Shown: positions 25,219-35,238, counted from the first letter of the stretch. The stretch is DNA of 64,000 nt from an uncultured Pseudomonadota bacterium (GCA_964429275.1 CAYSBJ010000001.1:201776-265775); one strand, 5' to 3'. The notes: generated by a model from the letters alone, not told the origin. Numbers and translations: made by a program.

Positions 25219-25887
25219 GTGTTACGGCGTTTATACAAAAAACTTACTGAATTTTTGTATCCTTCGTTTTGTGTTGCTTGTAAAACACTGCTATCACATC
25301 ATCAAGTGCTGTGTGGTCCTTGCTATGCCGCGTTGCCACATGTTCCATTACTTCATACCAAGACGGCTACCATTCCATTTTTTACTATTTATGCAGTAGG
25401 CCCCTATCAAGGTATAGTTGCCCAACTGGCGCAAGCAAAAGAATGGCGTGACATACAAAGTGCGCGGCAACTTGGGCGGCTTGCAGCGCTGTATTGTGTA
25501 CAGAAGCAGCTATCGTATGATTTTATTATTCCGGTTCCACTACACTGGTCACGCCACTTGGTTCGCGGCTATAACCAGGCAGCGGTTATGGCTGAATCGA
25601 TTGCGGTGGCGACTGAGGGCAGGGTGGTGCAACCATTCACGCGTACTCGGGCTACCAAGAAACAACGTTCTTTAGCGGGAATTGCACGCAAACGGAACGT
25701 TGCTCATGCTTTTGGCGTGAAATGGTATTGGTCTTTTCAGCAAGCCTGCGCCTTATTGCAAGGGAAAAGGGTGTTATTAGTTGACGATGTATATACGACG
25801 GGGCATACCTTAAAGGAGTTTGCATGCCTTGTTGCTGAATGCAAGCCAGCACGGCTAGATGCGCTAGTTGCATGTCGTGTGGCTTAA
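25219..25887 (+). CDS. comF: ComF-family protein (phosphoribosyltransferase-type)
   Basis: N-terminal Zn-finger-like 'CVACKTLL...LCGPC' and a C-terminal PRTase motif 'VLLVDDVYTTGHT'. Confidence 0.7.
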   Translation: MLRRLYKKLTEFLYPSFCVACKTLLSHHQVLCGPCYAALPHVPLLHTKTATIPFFTIYAVGPYQGIVAQLAQAKEWRDIQSARQLGRLAALYCVQKQLSYDFIIPVPLHWSRHLVRGYNQAAVMAESIAVATEGRVVQPFTRTRATKKQRSLAGIARKRNVAHAFGVKWYWSFQQACALLQGKRVLLVDDVYTTGHTLKEFACLVAECKPARLDALVACRVA

Positions 25888-27096
25888 TTAAAAGCCATCA
25901 ATACTAAAGCTACCGGCCGCTATTTTATCCGCTTCACGTTCTTGAGCTGTTGGCGGGTTGCGTACGAGCTCTTCTTCAATTCGGGGTGCAATTCTCTTTA
26001 TGTCCTTGATTAATTTTTGTGTTTTGTGACGCTGCCACATGGTGAGGAGTGAATCAATAACCCCCGCGGTGTTCGCAACTGCCATGGCCGGAGAGAATGC
26101 CGTCTGGCTATCTTTTTTATTGAGGTTTGGCATGAGTAACGAGAGAAGTATTGGCGCTGCATATTGTCCAAGCATTTGGGTTATAAAACGCGTTTTTGCA
26201 AGTTTCTTAATTGTTTTTCGATACTCGGTGATGTCGGTTGGTGTGCCATAGCGACGGTTCAGGTAGGAAAGAAGATACGCTTCTCGTTCATTGAGCTTTC
26301 CATTGTGCCTGGTCGCAGCATTGTGTATGAGGCTTGAACCAAGAGCTGCTAAGTTTAAGGCACCTAAAGCTTTGTTTGTGGTATTTTGTGGCGGGGTGAA
26401 GACATGTTCATTAACCCCTTCGCCTGGAAACAGCTTGCGTATGTGTTTGTTGCGGGATAGAGAGTTGGCGAATGGCATTACCCCGTATGCAACTTTGGTT
26501 ACTGGCCGTACGTAACGCATAATCGTTTCAATTGAGTTTACTCCATCCATTGATACACTCATGTCTTTAAATCCTTCGGCAACTTCGTGAGGTGTTTTAC
26601 CTTTAAGGCCGCGAGCTAATTTGGTTGCCTCATTGCTTTGCAGAAAGCCATCGACGAGTGCATAGGCGCCAAGACCGACTTTCCCTTTTTCCCGGCGCAC
26701 AAAATTTTTGAAATTGCTGTCTTGCTTATCCACGTCCATCAATTCGCGGGCGCGCTGGGCACCGACGTTCTCTTCTGCGCCCTTTCGCAGCTCTGCGTTT
26801 GCGATTGCTGAATGGTAGCGTTGACGGCTGTTTTCAAGGCGTTCTTCTTCGTCATCGTCAAGATCTTTGTTTTGGTCGATTGCAAGTGCGTTTAATCGAG
26901 TTTGGGTCATCGTTCTCAGGTCTTTGAGGTCTTCATTGCTTTCTTGTGCTGCGAGGAGATTGATGAATGGCGTTACGTCCTCGTTATTCTCAATCATGTG
27001 CTGGAATTGAGTCTTAGTGAGCTGCTGTGGCGCATCAGTAGCCAGACAGTAGTCGGATAACCCAGAAAATATGGTTAAAAGTAGCGTTATAATCAT
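25888..27096 (-). CDS. hypothetical exported protein (402 aa)
   Basis: N-terminal signal peptide MIITLLLTIFSGLSDYCLA. No recognisable motifs. Confidence 0.55.
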   Translation of the reverse strand: MIITLLLTIFSGLSDYCLATDAPQQLTKTQFQHMIENNEDVTPFINLLAAQESNEDLKDLRTMTQTRLNALAIDQNKDLDDDEEERLENSRQRYHSAIANAELRKGAEENVGAQRARELMDVDKQDSNFKNFVRREKGKVGLGAYALVDGFLQSNEATKLARGLKGKTPHEVAEGFKDMSVSMDGVNSIETIMRYVRPVTKVAYGVMPFANSLSRNKHIRKLFPGEGVNEHVFTPPQNTTNKALGALNLAALGSSLIHNAATRHNGKLNEREAYLLSYLNRRYGTPTDITEYRKTIKKLAKTRFITQMLGQYAAPILLSLLMPNLNKKDSQTAFSPAMAVANTAGVIDSLLTMWQRHKTQKLIKDIKRIAPRIEEELVRNPPTAQEREADKIAAGSFSIDGF

Positions 27097-27103
27097 GATA
27101 AAA

Positions 27104-27152
27104 CCCCCCTCAGGTATAGATAATTTCTTGCTACTAGTGTACGTGAGGGGGG
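27104..27152 (-). promoter_or_regulatory. hairpin that could terminate the HAD transcript and also sequester the SD of the 25888-27096 gene
   Basis: On the minus strand the arms are CCCCCCUCA...UGAGGGGGG (9 bp), followed by UUUAUC-AUG. The 3' arm is the only SD-like sequence for the ATG at 27096. Confidence 0.4.
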
Positions 27153-27172
27153 CGAAGTGATGCTATCGTTTT

Positions 27173-27898
27173 TTACTTTTCTTTTAATTTCTCGCGTAGA
27201 TAAGCCTCTACGATGCGAATTACTTCAGCTTCCGCTGCGGTGTATGACTCGATATATCCGTGCGTGTGTTCTCCGAAAAAGCCGATATTCTTCTTGTTTT
27301 TGACGGCAATGCACTTCATTTGGGCCGCGGCAGCAGCCCGGAAGCCTGGCAAAGAATCTTCAAAAACTATGCACTTATCAGGCTTTGCATTTATTTTTTC
27401 GGCGGCGTGAAGAAAGAGTGCTGGGTCAGGTTTAGCTTTGTTATTTACATCGGCAACACAATAGATGTATTCGCCAAAAAATTCGTTAAAGCTCATTTTC
27501 TTTGTGATCCGTAAAAGGCTTTCGGCGTCACAATTGGTGGCGATGCTGGACGGAATCCCGGCAGCTTGAAGTTTACGGTGGAATTCTTCAAACCCGTGAA
27601 TAAATTTTATTTCTTCTTCGAGAAGTTTTTTTGCGCTTTCCACAAGTACTTTTGTCATTTCTTGTTTGGTGACATGGGCAACTTCAAAATTATCTCGAAT
27701 GAGTTCCATTGCTTCCGATACGCCGATGCCGGCCATTTTTTCGAATACGACGGTTTTGTCTGGTGTAATGGCATGTTTGTGTATGCCGCAATGAAGGAGC
27801 ACCGCTTCGGTGGCACTCTCCCATACATGTTCGGTATCGATGATGGTACCGTCCATGTCGAAGATTATTCCTTCAAGATGGGGTTTTGTACTTTTCAT
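27173..27898 (-). CDS. HAD-superfamily hydrolase (beta-phosphoglucomutase-like subfamily IA)
   Basis: Motif I 'IIFDMDGTIIDTE', with downstream 'ATN' and 'VFEDSLPG' motifs. Confidence 0.8.
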   Translation of the reverse strand: MKSTKPHLEGIIFDMDGTIIDTEHVWESATEAVLLHCGIHKHAITPDKTVVFEKMAGIGVSEAMELIRDNFEVAHVTKQEMTKVLVESAKKLLEEEIKFIHGFEEFHRKLQAAGIPSSIATNCDAESLLRITKKMSFNEFFGEYIYCVADVNNKAKPDPALFLHAAEKINAKPDKCIVFEDSLPGFRAAAAAQMKCIAVKNKKNIGFFGEHTHGYIESYTAAEAEVIRIVEAYLREKLKEK

Positions 27899-27965
27899 GT
27901 CTCTGTCCTATTTGCTATACTGCATTTCCTTTTTCGGGGAAATTGTACCAACAATCCGTAGGTAA

Positions 27966-28538
27966 ATGCGAGGTTTTTTTATGTTGTATTCTTATATGCT
28001 TTGGTTGACACCGCTATGGTCATTGCTTCCAGGTTTGACTCCTATTCTTATTGGAGCGCGATTATTACTTAAGTATTGTATAACTGGAGCCATGTCATTT
28101 TCAGTGGTTTTGAGCCACACTGGCGTACCAACTATGGCAGCTGCTGTAGTCTGGCGTTATGGTCATACGTACCCTCGATTTTTTCTCCTCTTTCTTCCGT
28201 TCGTGTCCAGTGTAACATTTATTGCGAGTGTGGGGTTAAATGCCAACGCATGGTTTTCGGTGTTTTGGCTTGCGCTTCCGGCTCTGTATACTGCTTCAGC
28301 AACTATTCGCTCTCAGGTGCTTGTTCGTGCCTTAGTGGCGAGCTTAACTGCACATATGATTGGAGCGCTTATTGTTTTGTTCTTAGGCGCGCCAGTTTCC
28401 TGGGCAAACCTTGTACCGCTTGTGCCGTTTGAGCGTGTTGTTGCGGCTGGTGGCATGGTGTTGGTTGTTGGTGCAATTGGTGTATGTAAGAAATTGCTGC
28501 GCCGTCTCGCTGAGTTTTACACTTCGAGCATAGCGTAA
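27966..28538 (+). CDS. hypothetical polytopic membrane protein
   Basis: Five or six hydrophobic segments. Stop/start abutment with uppS. Confidence 0.5.
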   Translation: MRGFFMLYSYMLWLTPLWSLLPGLTPILIGARLLLKYCITGAMSFSVVLSHTGVPTMAAAVVWRYGHTYPRFFLLFLPFVSSVTFIASVGLNANAWFSVFWLALPALYTASATIRSQVLVRALVASLTAHMIGALIVLFLGAPVSWANLVPLVPFERVVAAGGMVLVVGAIGVCKKLLRRLAEFYTSSIA

Positions 28539-29239
28539 TGGGTGTGACGGCGTTACGCCATATTGCTTTTATTATGGACGGTAATCGTCGGTGGGCTCAG
28601 CGATATGCGGCTGATGGCTTGTATGATGACCAGGCAATCAAAGCAATTTTTGAGACAGTGATTGCTTGTAAGTATCATGGCGTTTCATATATTTCACTGT
28701 ATGCGTTCTCACTTGAGAACCTAGCGCAGCGGGACGAAGGACTTAAAGCACATTTTTTTAAGGCACTGGTTAGGGTTTGTACTGAAAAAAAAAGCCTGTT
28801 CTTAGAGCACGGTGTTAAGGTGCGATTTGTAGGCGCGCGCTCTTATTTCTCTTCTTCTGTTTCTGATGCGGTTAGCGAGCTTGAAACAGCAACGGCTGGT
28901 GAAACTGGCGTTACTGTACAGGTTCTTTTTTGTTATGGTGGCCAGCAAGAAATTGCGGATGCGGCCTCTCGCATCGCGCACGATGTTGTTGCAGGTACTC
29001 TTTCTGCAGACGCTATAACTCCGGAGCTTTTTTCTACCTATTTATGGACGGCGCCAGTACCGTTTCCTGATCTCATTATTCGTACCGGTGGCGCATATCG
29101 GTTGAGCAATTTTTTACTTTACCAAGCAGCGTATAGCGAATTGATGTTCCTAGATTGTTTATGGCCAGAAATAACGCGGGAAAAAGTTGGTCGCTGTATT
29201 GAGCAATTTTCTACTATTAAGCGGAATTTTGGTGCTTAG
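28538..29239 (+). CDS. uppS: undecaprenyl-diphosphate synthase (cis-prenyltransferase)
   Basis: Motifs 'HIAFIMDGNRRWA' and 'IRTGGAYRLSNFLLYQAAYSEL'. Confidence 0.9.
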   Translation: MGVTALRHIAFIMDGNRRWAQRYAADGLYDDQAIKAIFETVIACKYHGVSYISLYAFSLENLAQRDEGLKAHFFKALVRVCTEKKSLFLEHGVKVRFVGARSYFSSSVSDAVSELETATAGETGVTVQVLFCYGGQQEIADAASRIAHDVVAGTLSADAITPELFSTYLWTAPVPFPDLIIRTGGAYRLSNFLLYQAAYSELMFLDCLWPEITREKVGRCIEQFSTIKRNFGA

Positions 29240-30003
29240 CGGAGTGTTGCGCTTACTATTCCAACCGCAACGCAGACAGCCTCCTGGCTTCGAAGCACTG
29301 TCTGGGTAAGTTCGTATAATTGGATTCCGTGTGCGCCCAGAAATGTGAGCTCTTCCGCGGTAAATCCACCTTCTGGTCCAATAAAAATCTTTGCCTCAGG
29401 CGGTTTTTTTGCTGATAGATCTTGAATGAGAATGTTGGTTGGGCGGCCACAATGAGCCTCGAAACCGATGGTATAGGCATGTGGCCACAGAGTTGTCGCA
29501 GCAGACAGTATTTTTGGATCAAATAATGTTGGTATGTGACGGTTTTTTGATTGCTCACAGGCGGCGATGATCACGCCTTTAAGCCGTTCTAATTCTCGCT
29601 CGTGAAGCCAGTCTTTCCTGCTTTTTGTGGTGACGAGTGGCACTATATGAGTGGCACCGGTTACGGTAGCATGGTGTACGGCTTCTTCAAACGACTCTTT
29701 TTTGAGTAGGCCGATTGCGGCAATAATAGTATGAGTAGCTTTTTCAATTTTTTCGATTGCGGTGACAGTGCCACAGATGGTGTCCTTTGGTCGTGCAGAC
29801 GAAGCCAACTCTATGGTGAGCACCTGTTCGGCCGAAAAGAGCTGTACTATTTCTCCTGCATGAAGCCGCAATACGGTATTCAGGCGATGGGCAAGTTCTT
29901 TAGAAATGAGAGTTAATTGATCGCCTACCGCTATTCTCTTTTTTGGCATCAGATCGCCAATATAGAGGTAAAAAAGGTGACTTTGTGATGATTGCATGGC
30001 CAC
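29236..30003 (-). CDS. rsmE: 16S rRNA (uracil1498-N3)-methyltransferase
   Basis: Size, 'VLRLHAGE' near the N-terminus and the C-terminal 'IGPEGGFTAEEL' motif. Convergent 4-nt overlap with uppS. Confidence 0.8.
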   Translation of the reverse strand: MAMQSSQSHLFYLYIGDLMPKKRIAVGDQLTLISKELAHRLNTVLRLHAGEIVQLFSAEQVLTIELASSARPKDTICGTVTAIEKIEKATHTIIAAIGLLKKESFEEAVHHATVTGATHIVPLVTTKSRKDWLHERELERLKGVIIAACEQSKNRHIPTLFDPKILSAATTLWPHAYTIGFEAHCGRPTNILIQDLSAKKPPEAKIFIGPEGGFTAEELTFLGAHGIQLYELTQTVLRSQEAVCVAVGIVSATLR

Positions 30004-30014
30004 GATGGATTTGA

Positions 30015-30491
30015 TTATCGTTGAGCAGGACTTGAGTGAACGGAGCTTGATTCAGTGCCGGCTTGCGCATTTCCCATAGCTTTGGCAGCGTTTTTTCTCT
30101 TTATCTTTTTTATGCCATACAGTAAGGCAATGGTAGCGGCGATACTTGCAGTAGTGCCGTAAATAGCTTTTTTATATTCGCCAAGGTTGCGTATGAACGG
30201 GCGAATTTTTGCGTTATAGCCCATTTTTATAAGCATTTTGGTTGTCTCATAGCGCTTTCCTATGCGCTCCCAAAACTTGAGTTCTTCTTCTGGCTCATCT
30301 GGATAATCAACGTCGTCATCGTCTGAGTCATCAAAGGACCACTGCGATGAGGAGCTGGCGACAGATGAACCAGCCGATTGCTCTGTTTTTTCGATTTCTT
30401 GTTCTCCTTGGGCAAGAGGGATTGCAGAGATTGAGGGAGCACTGGCCAGTAGGGCGACAACGATAAAAACGACGCAGCTGAGGCGTTTCAT
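30015..30491 (-). CDS. hypothetical exported protein with acidic tract and C-terminal TM helix
   Basis: Signal peptide MKRLSCVVFIVVALLASAPSISA, an acidic DDSDDDDVDYPDEPEEE tract, and a TM helix (TTASIAATIALLYGI). Confidence 0.5.
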   Translation of the reverse strand: MKRLSCVVFIVVALLASAPSISAIPLAQGEQEIEKTEQSAGSSVASSSSQWSFDDSDDDDVDYPDEPEEELKFWERIGKRYETTKMLIKMGYNAKIRPFIRNLGEYKKAIYGTTASIAATIALLYGIKKIKRKNAAKAMGNAQAGTESSSVHSSPAQR

Positions 30492-30617
30492 AGGAAGTCT
30501 TTCATTTGAGCTTGTTGATTCGATAACCTTAGGTATAGAATCACTATAGCAAAAATAGGCGGCAAGGCAAAAGCTTCTACCATAAGAAGATGCACAAAAA
30601 TCAGAAAAGGGGGTGTT

Positions 30618-31430
30618 ATGAAGGTTAAAAATGTTCGATTATTGGGCTTCTTTGCCCTTTTAGTAGGGAGTGGCTGCCTTGGGCGAACTGGCAATCTAAT
30701 TGACCAGACACTTGTGGTAGACGCTTTCACGCCTACGCCAGTAGCCGTGGAGTCTGTCAAATCTGCGGCACCAGGTATTATAGCCAAGCCAGCAAGCTTT
30801 TTTTCTTCAGTTGATCCTATTGTTAGGTACAGCACTCTGGCCAAAAAGGCAGAAGTACAGAAGGAGCAAAAAAGGCTACACACGGTCGTCGACGATCAGC
30901 TTGATGCTGTTCTAATGACGCAAGACGCGGGTGTGCCGGGGGCGACTCCAAAATCACGTACTATTTATAATGCGTGCCATGCGTATCTAAAATCGGTTGA
31001 TGTGGTGACCGATGCTCAGGAGGATTTTGTGGGGCTTTCTCGGAAGTATCAAACTGATCGCGAAAGCTATTTAAAAAAAAACTCTGATAAGGCGGCAGCA
31101 TTCTTGGCTGCAGAAGGAGCGGCAAGGGGTGACAGTACTAAACTTTCTGCCTTCCAATCAGTCTTAAAGGAAGCGAATTTAATCAGTGAGTGGAAACGGC
31201 AGCAGGCTGCAAGCACTACCCTCAACTCTGCGAAGAGCAATCAAGCCGTGTTATGGGTTGGATTGCAGGGAAGGAGTACGGCTGGTGTAAATATGCAAGC
31301 GGTTATAACTGCTTATATAGCCGTAAGCAAGCGAATTGATACAGAGGCGGCCGCGCGTATTAAGGTCATTGCAGATTGCACAGCGGCAGGTATTCCAGTG
31401 CCAGTGGCAACACTTACCCCTGTCGGGTAA
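30618..31430 (+). CDS. hypothetical lipoprotein
   Basis: Lipobox LLVGSGC after a basic N-terminus, preceded by an AAGGGGG RBS. Confidence 0.55.
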   Translation: MKVKNVRLLGFFALLVGSGCLGRTGNLIDQTLVVDAFTPTPVAVESVKSAAPGIIAKPASFFSSVDPIVRYSTLAKKAEVQKEQKRLHTVVDDQLDAVLMTQDAGVPGATPKSRTIYNACHAYLKSVDVVTDAQEDFVGLSRKYQTDRESYLKKNSDKAAAFLAAEGAARGDSTKLSAFQSVLKEANLISEWKRQQAASTTLNSAKSNQAVLWVGLQGRSTAGVNMQAVITAYIAVSKRIDTEAAARIKVIADCTAAGIPVPVATLTPVG

Positions 31431-31441
31431 GGGCTTCCTTG

Positions 31442-32431
31442 TTATTGCCTGGATGTGAGCGGAAGTAATTTCAAGATCATACTCTTAAGCTCTTGTATTT
31501 TTAAATTCATAGGGTCGCGCTTAAGCGCTTCTTCAACTGCCTGGGCAGCGAGCTCGTATTGCTTGCAAGTGAGATGCACGAGTGCTTTATTATGGAAATA
31601 TCGTGGTGTAGCGTTTGGGTAAGTGGCTAGGAGTTCCTCTGCTTTTGTATGGTTTCCCGTTTTGATGGCAAGTGCAGCCATCGCATTGGCTACTTCCATA
31701 TCACTTGGCATCAATCTGAGATACTTTTCATATAAAGAGAGTGCTTTGGTGTAGTTTTCTTTTTTTTCTGCAATGATTGCGAGGAGTTGTAGCGGTTTTG
31801 CGCTAGTAGGGTTTTTCTGCAGGCTAGTCTTACATTCTCGTTTCGCGGTCGCAAGGTTATTTTGTGTAAATGCTATTTTTGCTTTTAAAAAGTGGAAGAG
31901 GTACTGTTTGCTGCTCCGTTCTGGTTTTGAAAGAATGGTGTCGATGAGGCTCAGTGCTTTGTTATTTTTATTGGTTTTCATGTAGGCAAGTACAGTGAAA
32001 TAATCAAAACGGTCATCGTTTGGGTAGCGTGCGATTAATTGCTTAAGGAGATTGAGCGCAACATCAGTCTGGTCAAGGAAGAGATGTGCTTGCGCAGTGA
32101 TGAAGCTGATTTCTTTATCATATGGGTTGGCAAGATCGAGTACGAGATTATGTTTTGTAATATCTTCAAATTTGCCCCGATCAAAGGCAAGTTTGAGGGT
32201 GGCAAGCGCAAAAGAATGGTCTCCTTGCGGAAGTATTTTTTTGAGTTGGATGTATGTTTGTGCTGCCTGGCTATTGTTTCCGGCTGCCTGCTCGTACGAT
32301 CCTTTGAGAGCCAAAAAATAACAATGTTCAGATTGATCAATTTCTTGCTCGATAATCGCAATGGTGCTGTATAGGGTTGTGCCTAGAGCTAGCGTAAGGC
32401 AGACATATAAAGATAGTTTGTGTGTCATCAT
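31442..32431 (-). CDS. tetratricopeptide-repeat protein (exported)
   Basis: Multiple 34-aa TPR-like units (A-x-x-x-Y...A...P pattern) and a hydrophobic N-terminus. Confidence 0.65.
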   Translation of the reverse strand: MMTHKLSLYVCLTLALGTTLYSTIAIIEQEIDQSEHCYFLALKGSYEQAAGNNSQAAQTYIQLKKILPQGDHSFALATLKLAFDRGKFEDITKHNLVLDLANPYDKEISFITAQAHLFLDQTDVALNLLKQLIARYPNDDRFDYFTVLAYMKTNKNNKALSLIDTILSKPERSSKQYLFHFLKAKIAFTQNNLATAKRECKTSLQKNPTSAKPLQLLAIIAEKKENYTKALSLYEKYLRLMPSDMEVANAMAALAIKTGNHTKAEELLATYPNATPRYFHNKALVHLTCKQYELAAQAVEEALKRDPMNLKIQELKSMILKLLPLTSRQ

Positions 32432-32877
32432 GTGCGTGTGCGCTCCTTGCAGGTAGCATAGAACTCTGCAAGCGCGTCACGCAATTCTTTGTTGGTAATT
32501 GTTGTTAAATGCTTTGATTCTGCGGCCGAGAGTGGTTTTCGTGTGTCCTGTATGATGGGGGCCGCCATAACTTTTTTGGCGCTTTGGTCGATGTGGGGAT
32601 CGCGCTTGATAAGTGTCCGAAAATGAATGGTTGTGATCGCTTCGTGGCCAATTGATTCGTTGATTTTGCTACGAATAAGATCGGTCAGCATTAGGAGTTC
32701 CTGAGCAAGGCCGGGGTGTGCTACGGCCAAAACAACCGCATGGTCGTCTACGCGCTGGAGCACTACTTTTCGAGAGAGCGGACCAAGGATGAGATGCCAT
32801 TCTCTGAGTATTTTGAGTTTCCACGATTGTTCTTGTGGCAAGATTTTGTCAAGATGTGAAAGAATGTGCTGAGTCAT
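32428..32877 (-). CDS. DUF721/DciA-like protein
   Basis: 'W...ILGPLS...L..V.D..VVLAVAHPGLAQELLML...I..KIN' matches, from memory, the DUF721 pattern. 4-nt overlap with the TPR gene. Confidence 0.5.
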   Translation of the reverse strand: MTQHILSHLDKILPQEQSWKLKILREWHLILGPLSRKVVLQRVDDHAVVLAVAHPGLAQELLMLTDLIRSKINESIGHEAITTIHFRTLIKRDPHIDQSAKKVMAAPIIQDTRKPLSAAESKHLTTITNKELRDALAEFYATCKERTRT

Positions 32878-32940
32878 TATCTTTTCAAGGGTAAATGGTG
32901 AGGCAAGAGTATAGCACTAAACGTAGAGTTGTATATTGAG

Positions 32941-32969
32941 TTGACACTTTTTTGTTCTTGGTGGACAAT
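32941..32969 (+). promoter_or_regulatory. sigma70-type promoter candidate for the OMP gene
   Basis: TTGACA (32941-46), a 17-nt spacer, then GACAAT (32964-69), about 40 nt upstream of the ATG at 33010. Confidence 0.45.
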
Positions 32970-33009
32970 GCACCCGGAATGTTACCAAGCCAAGAAAGGA
33001 AGCATAGGT

Positions 33010-35091
33010 ATGAATACAAAACTTATTACACTCAGTTTTCTCTGTTGTGTTGCGAGCAACGCAATGCCTGAGACTCCGGCGACAGAAAACGTAGCGAGTG
33101 CGTTACACGCAGAATTAGATCGCATTGAGTCTGAGTGTGCAAAAGTAGCTCCCCAACCAACGCCTTTGGTTGATAATTCTAAAGCTAATGGTCCTGCCTT
33201 TGTATTTAAAGGTGCTCGTGATCTTGAAATGAGCCTTGATGGATCGGCTAAAACAGAATACGTTCGTTCTTGGAATACTGCGACCCTAAACAGCGCCGGT
33301 GGCATTGATCGTGCTGCGGCTTATAACGCCAACGTTGAGTTGGGTACGAATGTTGCATATGGCAAGGAAAAATACGGCAAAGCGGCATTGCGTTTCTTCT
33401 TGCGTTCACGTCTTCAATATCAAGCTGGCCGGTTTGATAAGGTCTTGGTTACTAACCCGTCCACTGTGAAAATTAATAATGCGGTTTTACCAGTTCCTGG
33501 TGCAAGTTTGAACGCAACAGTGCCATGGTACAAGCATGCGGGCGCTGAATTGTATGTGAACTCCTTGTTCGATCAAGAGGTCGCGACAGACCACTTTCTA
33601 AAAGTTGGTTTGTTTGAATATGAAGTGAGCCGTGGGATTGCGTATGGTTCTGGCTATGGCACGGCTAAGGATTATCTTGGTATTTATAGTGGCAGCCAAA
33701 ACTTCTCGCCTTTCGGTATTTTGCTCTCAGGTGAAATGATTAAAGATCGTCTGGGATATGAATTCTACTTTGCGCGCTTGGAAGAAAAATCTGCTGATTA
33801 TAAGCAAACGAGTGCATACACAAAGAAACATATTGTCGGCGAACGTGCGGCTGGCCGTGCCGGTTCTGGCAACTGTAATGACGTTTTCACTGGTACCTTG
33901 AAAAGCAAGTATGGTTCGGATCGTTTTGGTGATTTGAAATCGAATCTCTTTGTTGTGTTTAATAATGCAGTTGACCAGCAAATTGAGGTCGCAAATGACT
34001 CTCAAAGTAAATTGGTAACTGTCGGTACTAGTCTTGAGTATGAGAAGGGTAATTTTGAGCTTGGTCTTGAAATTGCGCGCAACCTGGGTACCGAATATGT
34101 GTACAATATTGACCGCAATGCGATCACATTGATTCGCGGTTTTCCAGGGGCCGAACATGATGTTATTTCAGCGTACAGCAAAGTTGCGTTGAGTTCTGCG
34201 ACTGACTCGTTCCATAATACGTCTACTGCACCGGTGGTTAATACCATTAAGACTGCCGTTGATGCGTACAGTGGTAACGAAAATAGTTCCATTGTTGCTT
34301 CCGGTCTTACGAGTACTAGTTTAGTCTCGGAAGCTGAAGATTATGTATTGCGTAATGCTTCAGATCGTTATCGTCGTGCGTATACTAACAAATATACAGG
34401 CTGGATGGCTGTGGCTGACGCTTCTTACAATTGGAAGCCAGCAAATATGAAGATTAGTGTTGCTGCTGGTCATGCATCTGGTGATGAAAATCCTCATACC
34501 GCGAGAAAAGATGGCGAAACAACTAAAGAATATGATTATAACGGCTTTGTGGGTATTAACGAAAACTATTCTGGCAAGCGTGTAAAGAGTATTTTGGCTC
34601 TCGATGCTCGCAAATTACAAGCACCGTTAACAAACCAAGCTGGTGAAATGCAGTACTTTGATAATTCATTCACCGACATGACGTTTGTCGGTACTGGTAT
34701 TGTATGGCGTCTACCAAAGCGTGATCTTGAATGTACTGCCAATGCTTTGGCATACTGGAAGGATAAGCGTAGCTGGAGTTACGTCTATACCGTGTCTACT
34801 GACGGTTACGGCAGCACTCCTGCGCGTCGCTACTACGGTCTTGAATTGAACTCAACTTTTGTGTTGAAGCTCCTTCCGGGCTTGAATTTGAATGGTAGTG
34901 CTGCGGTCTTTATTCCTGGTGGGTTCTACTATGATGTTAAAGGCTTGCCGGTTGGTTCAAATGTTATTGACACGGCTCAAACAGTTTCAAGTCAAGATCA
35001 GACTAATAATACTGGTGTTGCGCCGGCGGTTGGCCGATTGGGTACTGATCCGCAAGTTGCCTTGAGCCTTGCGCTCCAATATAAGTTCTAA
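33010..35091 (+). CDS. large outer-membrane beta-barrel protein (porin-like, family unrecognised)
   Basis: Signal peptide MNTKLITLSFLCCVASNA. Alternating amphipathic beta-strand pattern with aromatic girdles. C-terminal '...LALQYKF' ends in Phe, as in OMP sorting signals. AAGGA RBS. Confidence 0.6.
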   Translation: MNTKLITLSFLCCVASNAMPETPATENVASALHAELDRIESECAKVAPQPTPLVDNSKANGPAFVFKGARDLEMSLDGSAKTEYVRSWNTATLNSAGGIDRAAAYNANVELGTNVAYGKEKYGKAALRFFLRSRLQYQAGRFDKVLVTNPSTVKINNAVLPVPGASLNATVPWYKHAGAELYVNSLFDQEVATDHFLKVGLFEYEVSRGIAYGSGYGTAKDYLGIYSGSQNFSPFGILLSGEMIKDRLGYEFYFARLEEKSADYKQTSAYTKKHIVGERAAGRAGSGNCNDVFTGTLKSKYGSDRFGDLKSNLFVVFNNAVDQQIEVANDSQSKLVTVGTSLEYEKGNFELGLEIARNLGTEYVYNIDRNAITLIRGFPGAEHDVISAYSKVALSSATDSFHNTSTAPVVNTIKTAVDAYSGNENSSIVASGLTSTSLVSEAEDYVLRNASDRYRRAYTNKYTGWMAVADASYNWKPANMKISVAAGHASGDENPHTARKDGETTKEYDYNGFVGINENYSGKRVKSILALDARKLQAPLTNQAGEMQYFDNSFTDMTFVGTGIVWRLPKRDLECTANALAYWKDKRSWSYVYTVSTDGYGSTPARRYYGLELNSTFVLKLLPGLNLNGSAAVFIPGGFYYDVKGLPVGSNVIDTAQTVSSQDQTNNTGVAPAVGRLGTDPQVALSLALQYKF

Positions 35092-35134
35092 ATAAACTTG
35101 CATCTGAGTCCCTAAACTTTTTGATGTAGAGGAG

Positions 35135-35173
35135 AGGTCGCCATGTGGTTATCACATGGCGACCTTCTTTTTT
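35135..35173 (+). terminator. rho-independent terminator
   Basis: 13-bp stem AGGTCGCCATGTG / CACATGGCGACCT followed by a T-rich run. Confidence 0.8.
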
Positions 35174-35238
35174 GTGCCAAAAGCTGCTAGCATAGGCGCT
35201 CATTTGCTAAACACCGCTTTTTTAAGAGGATTTTCTAT

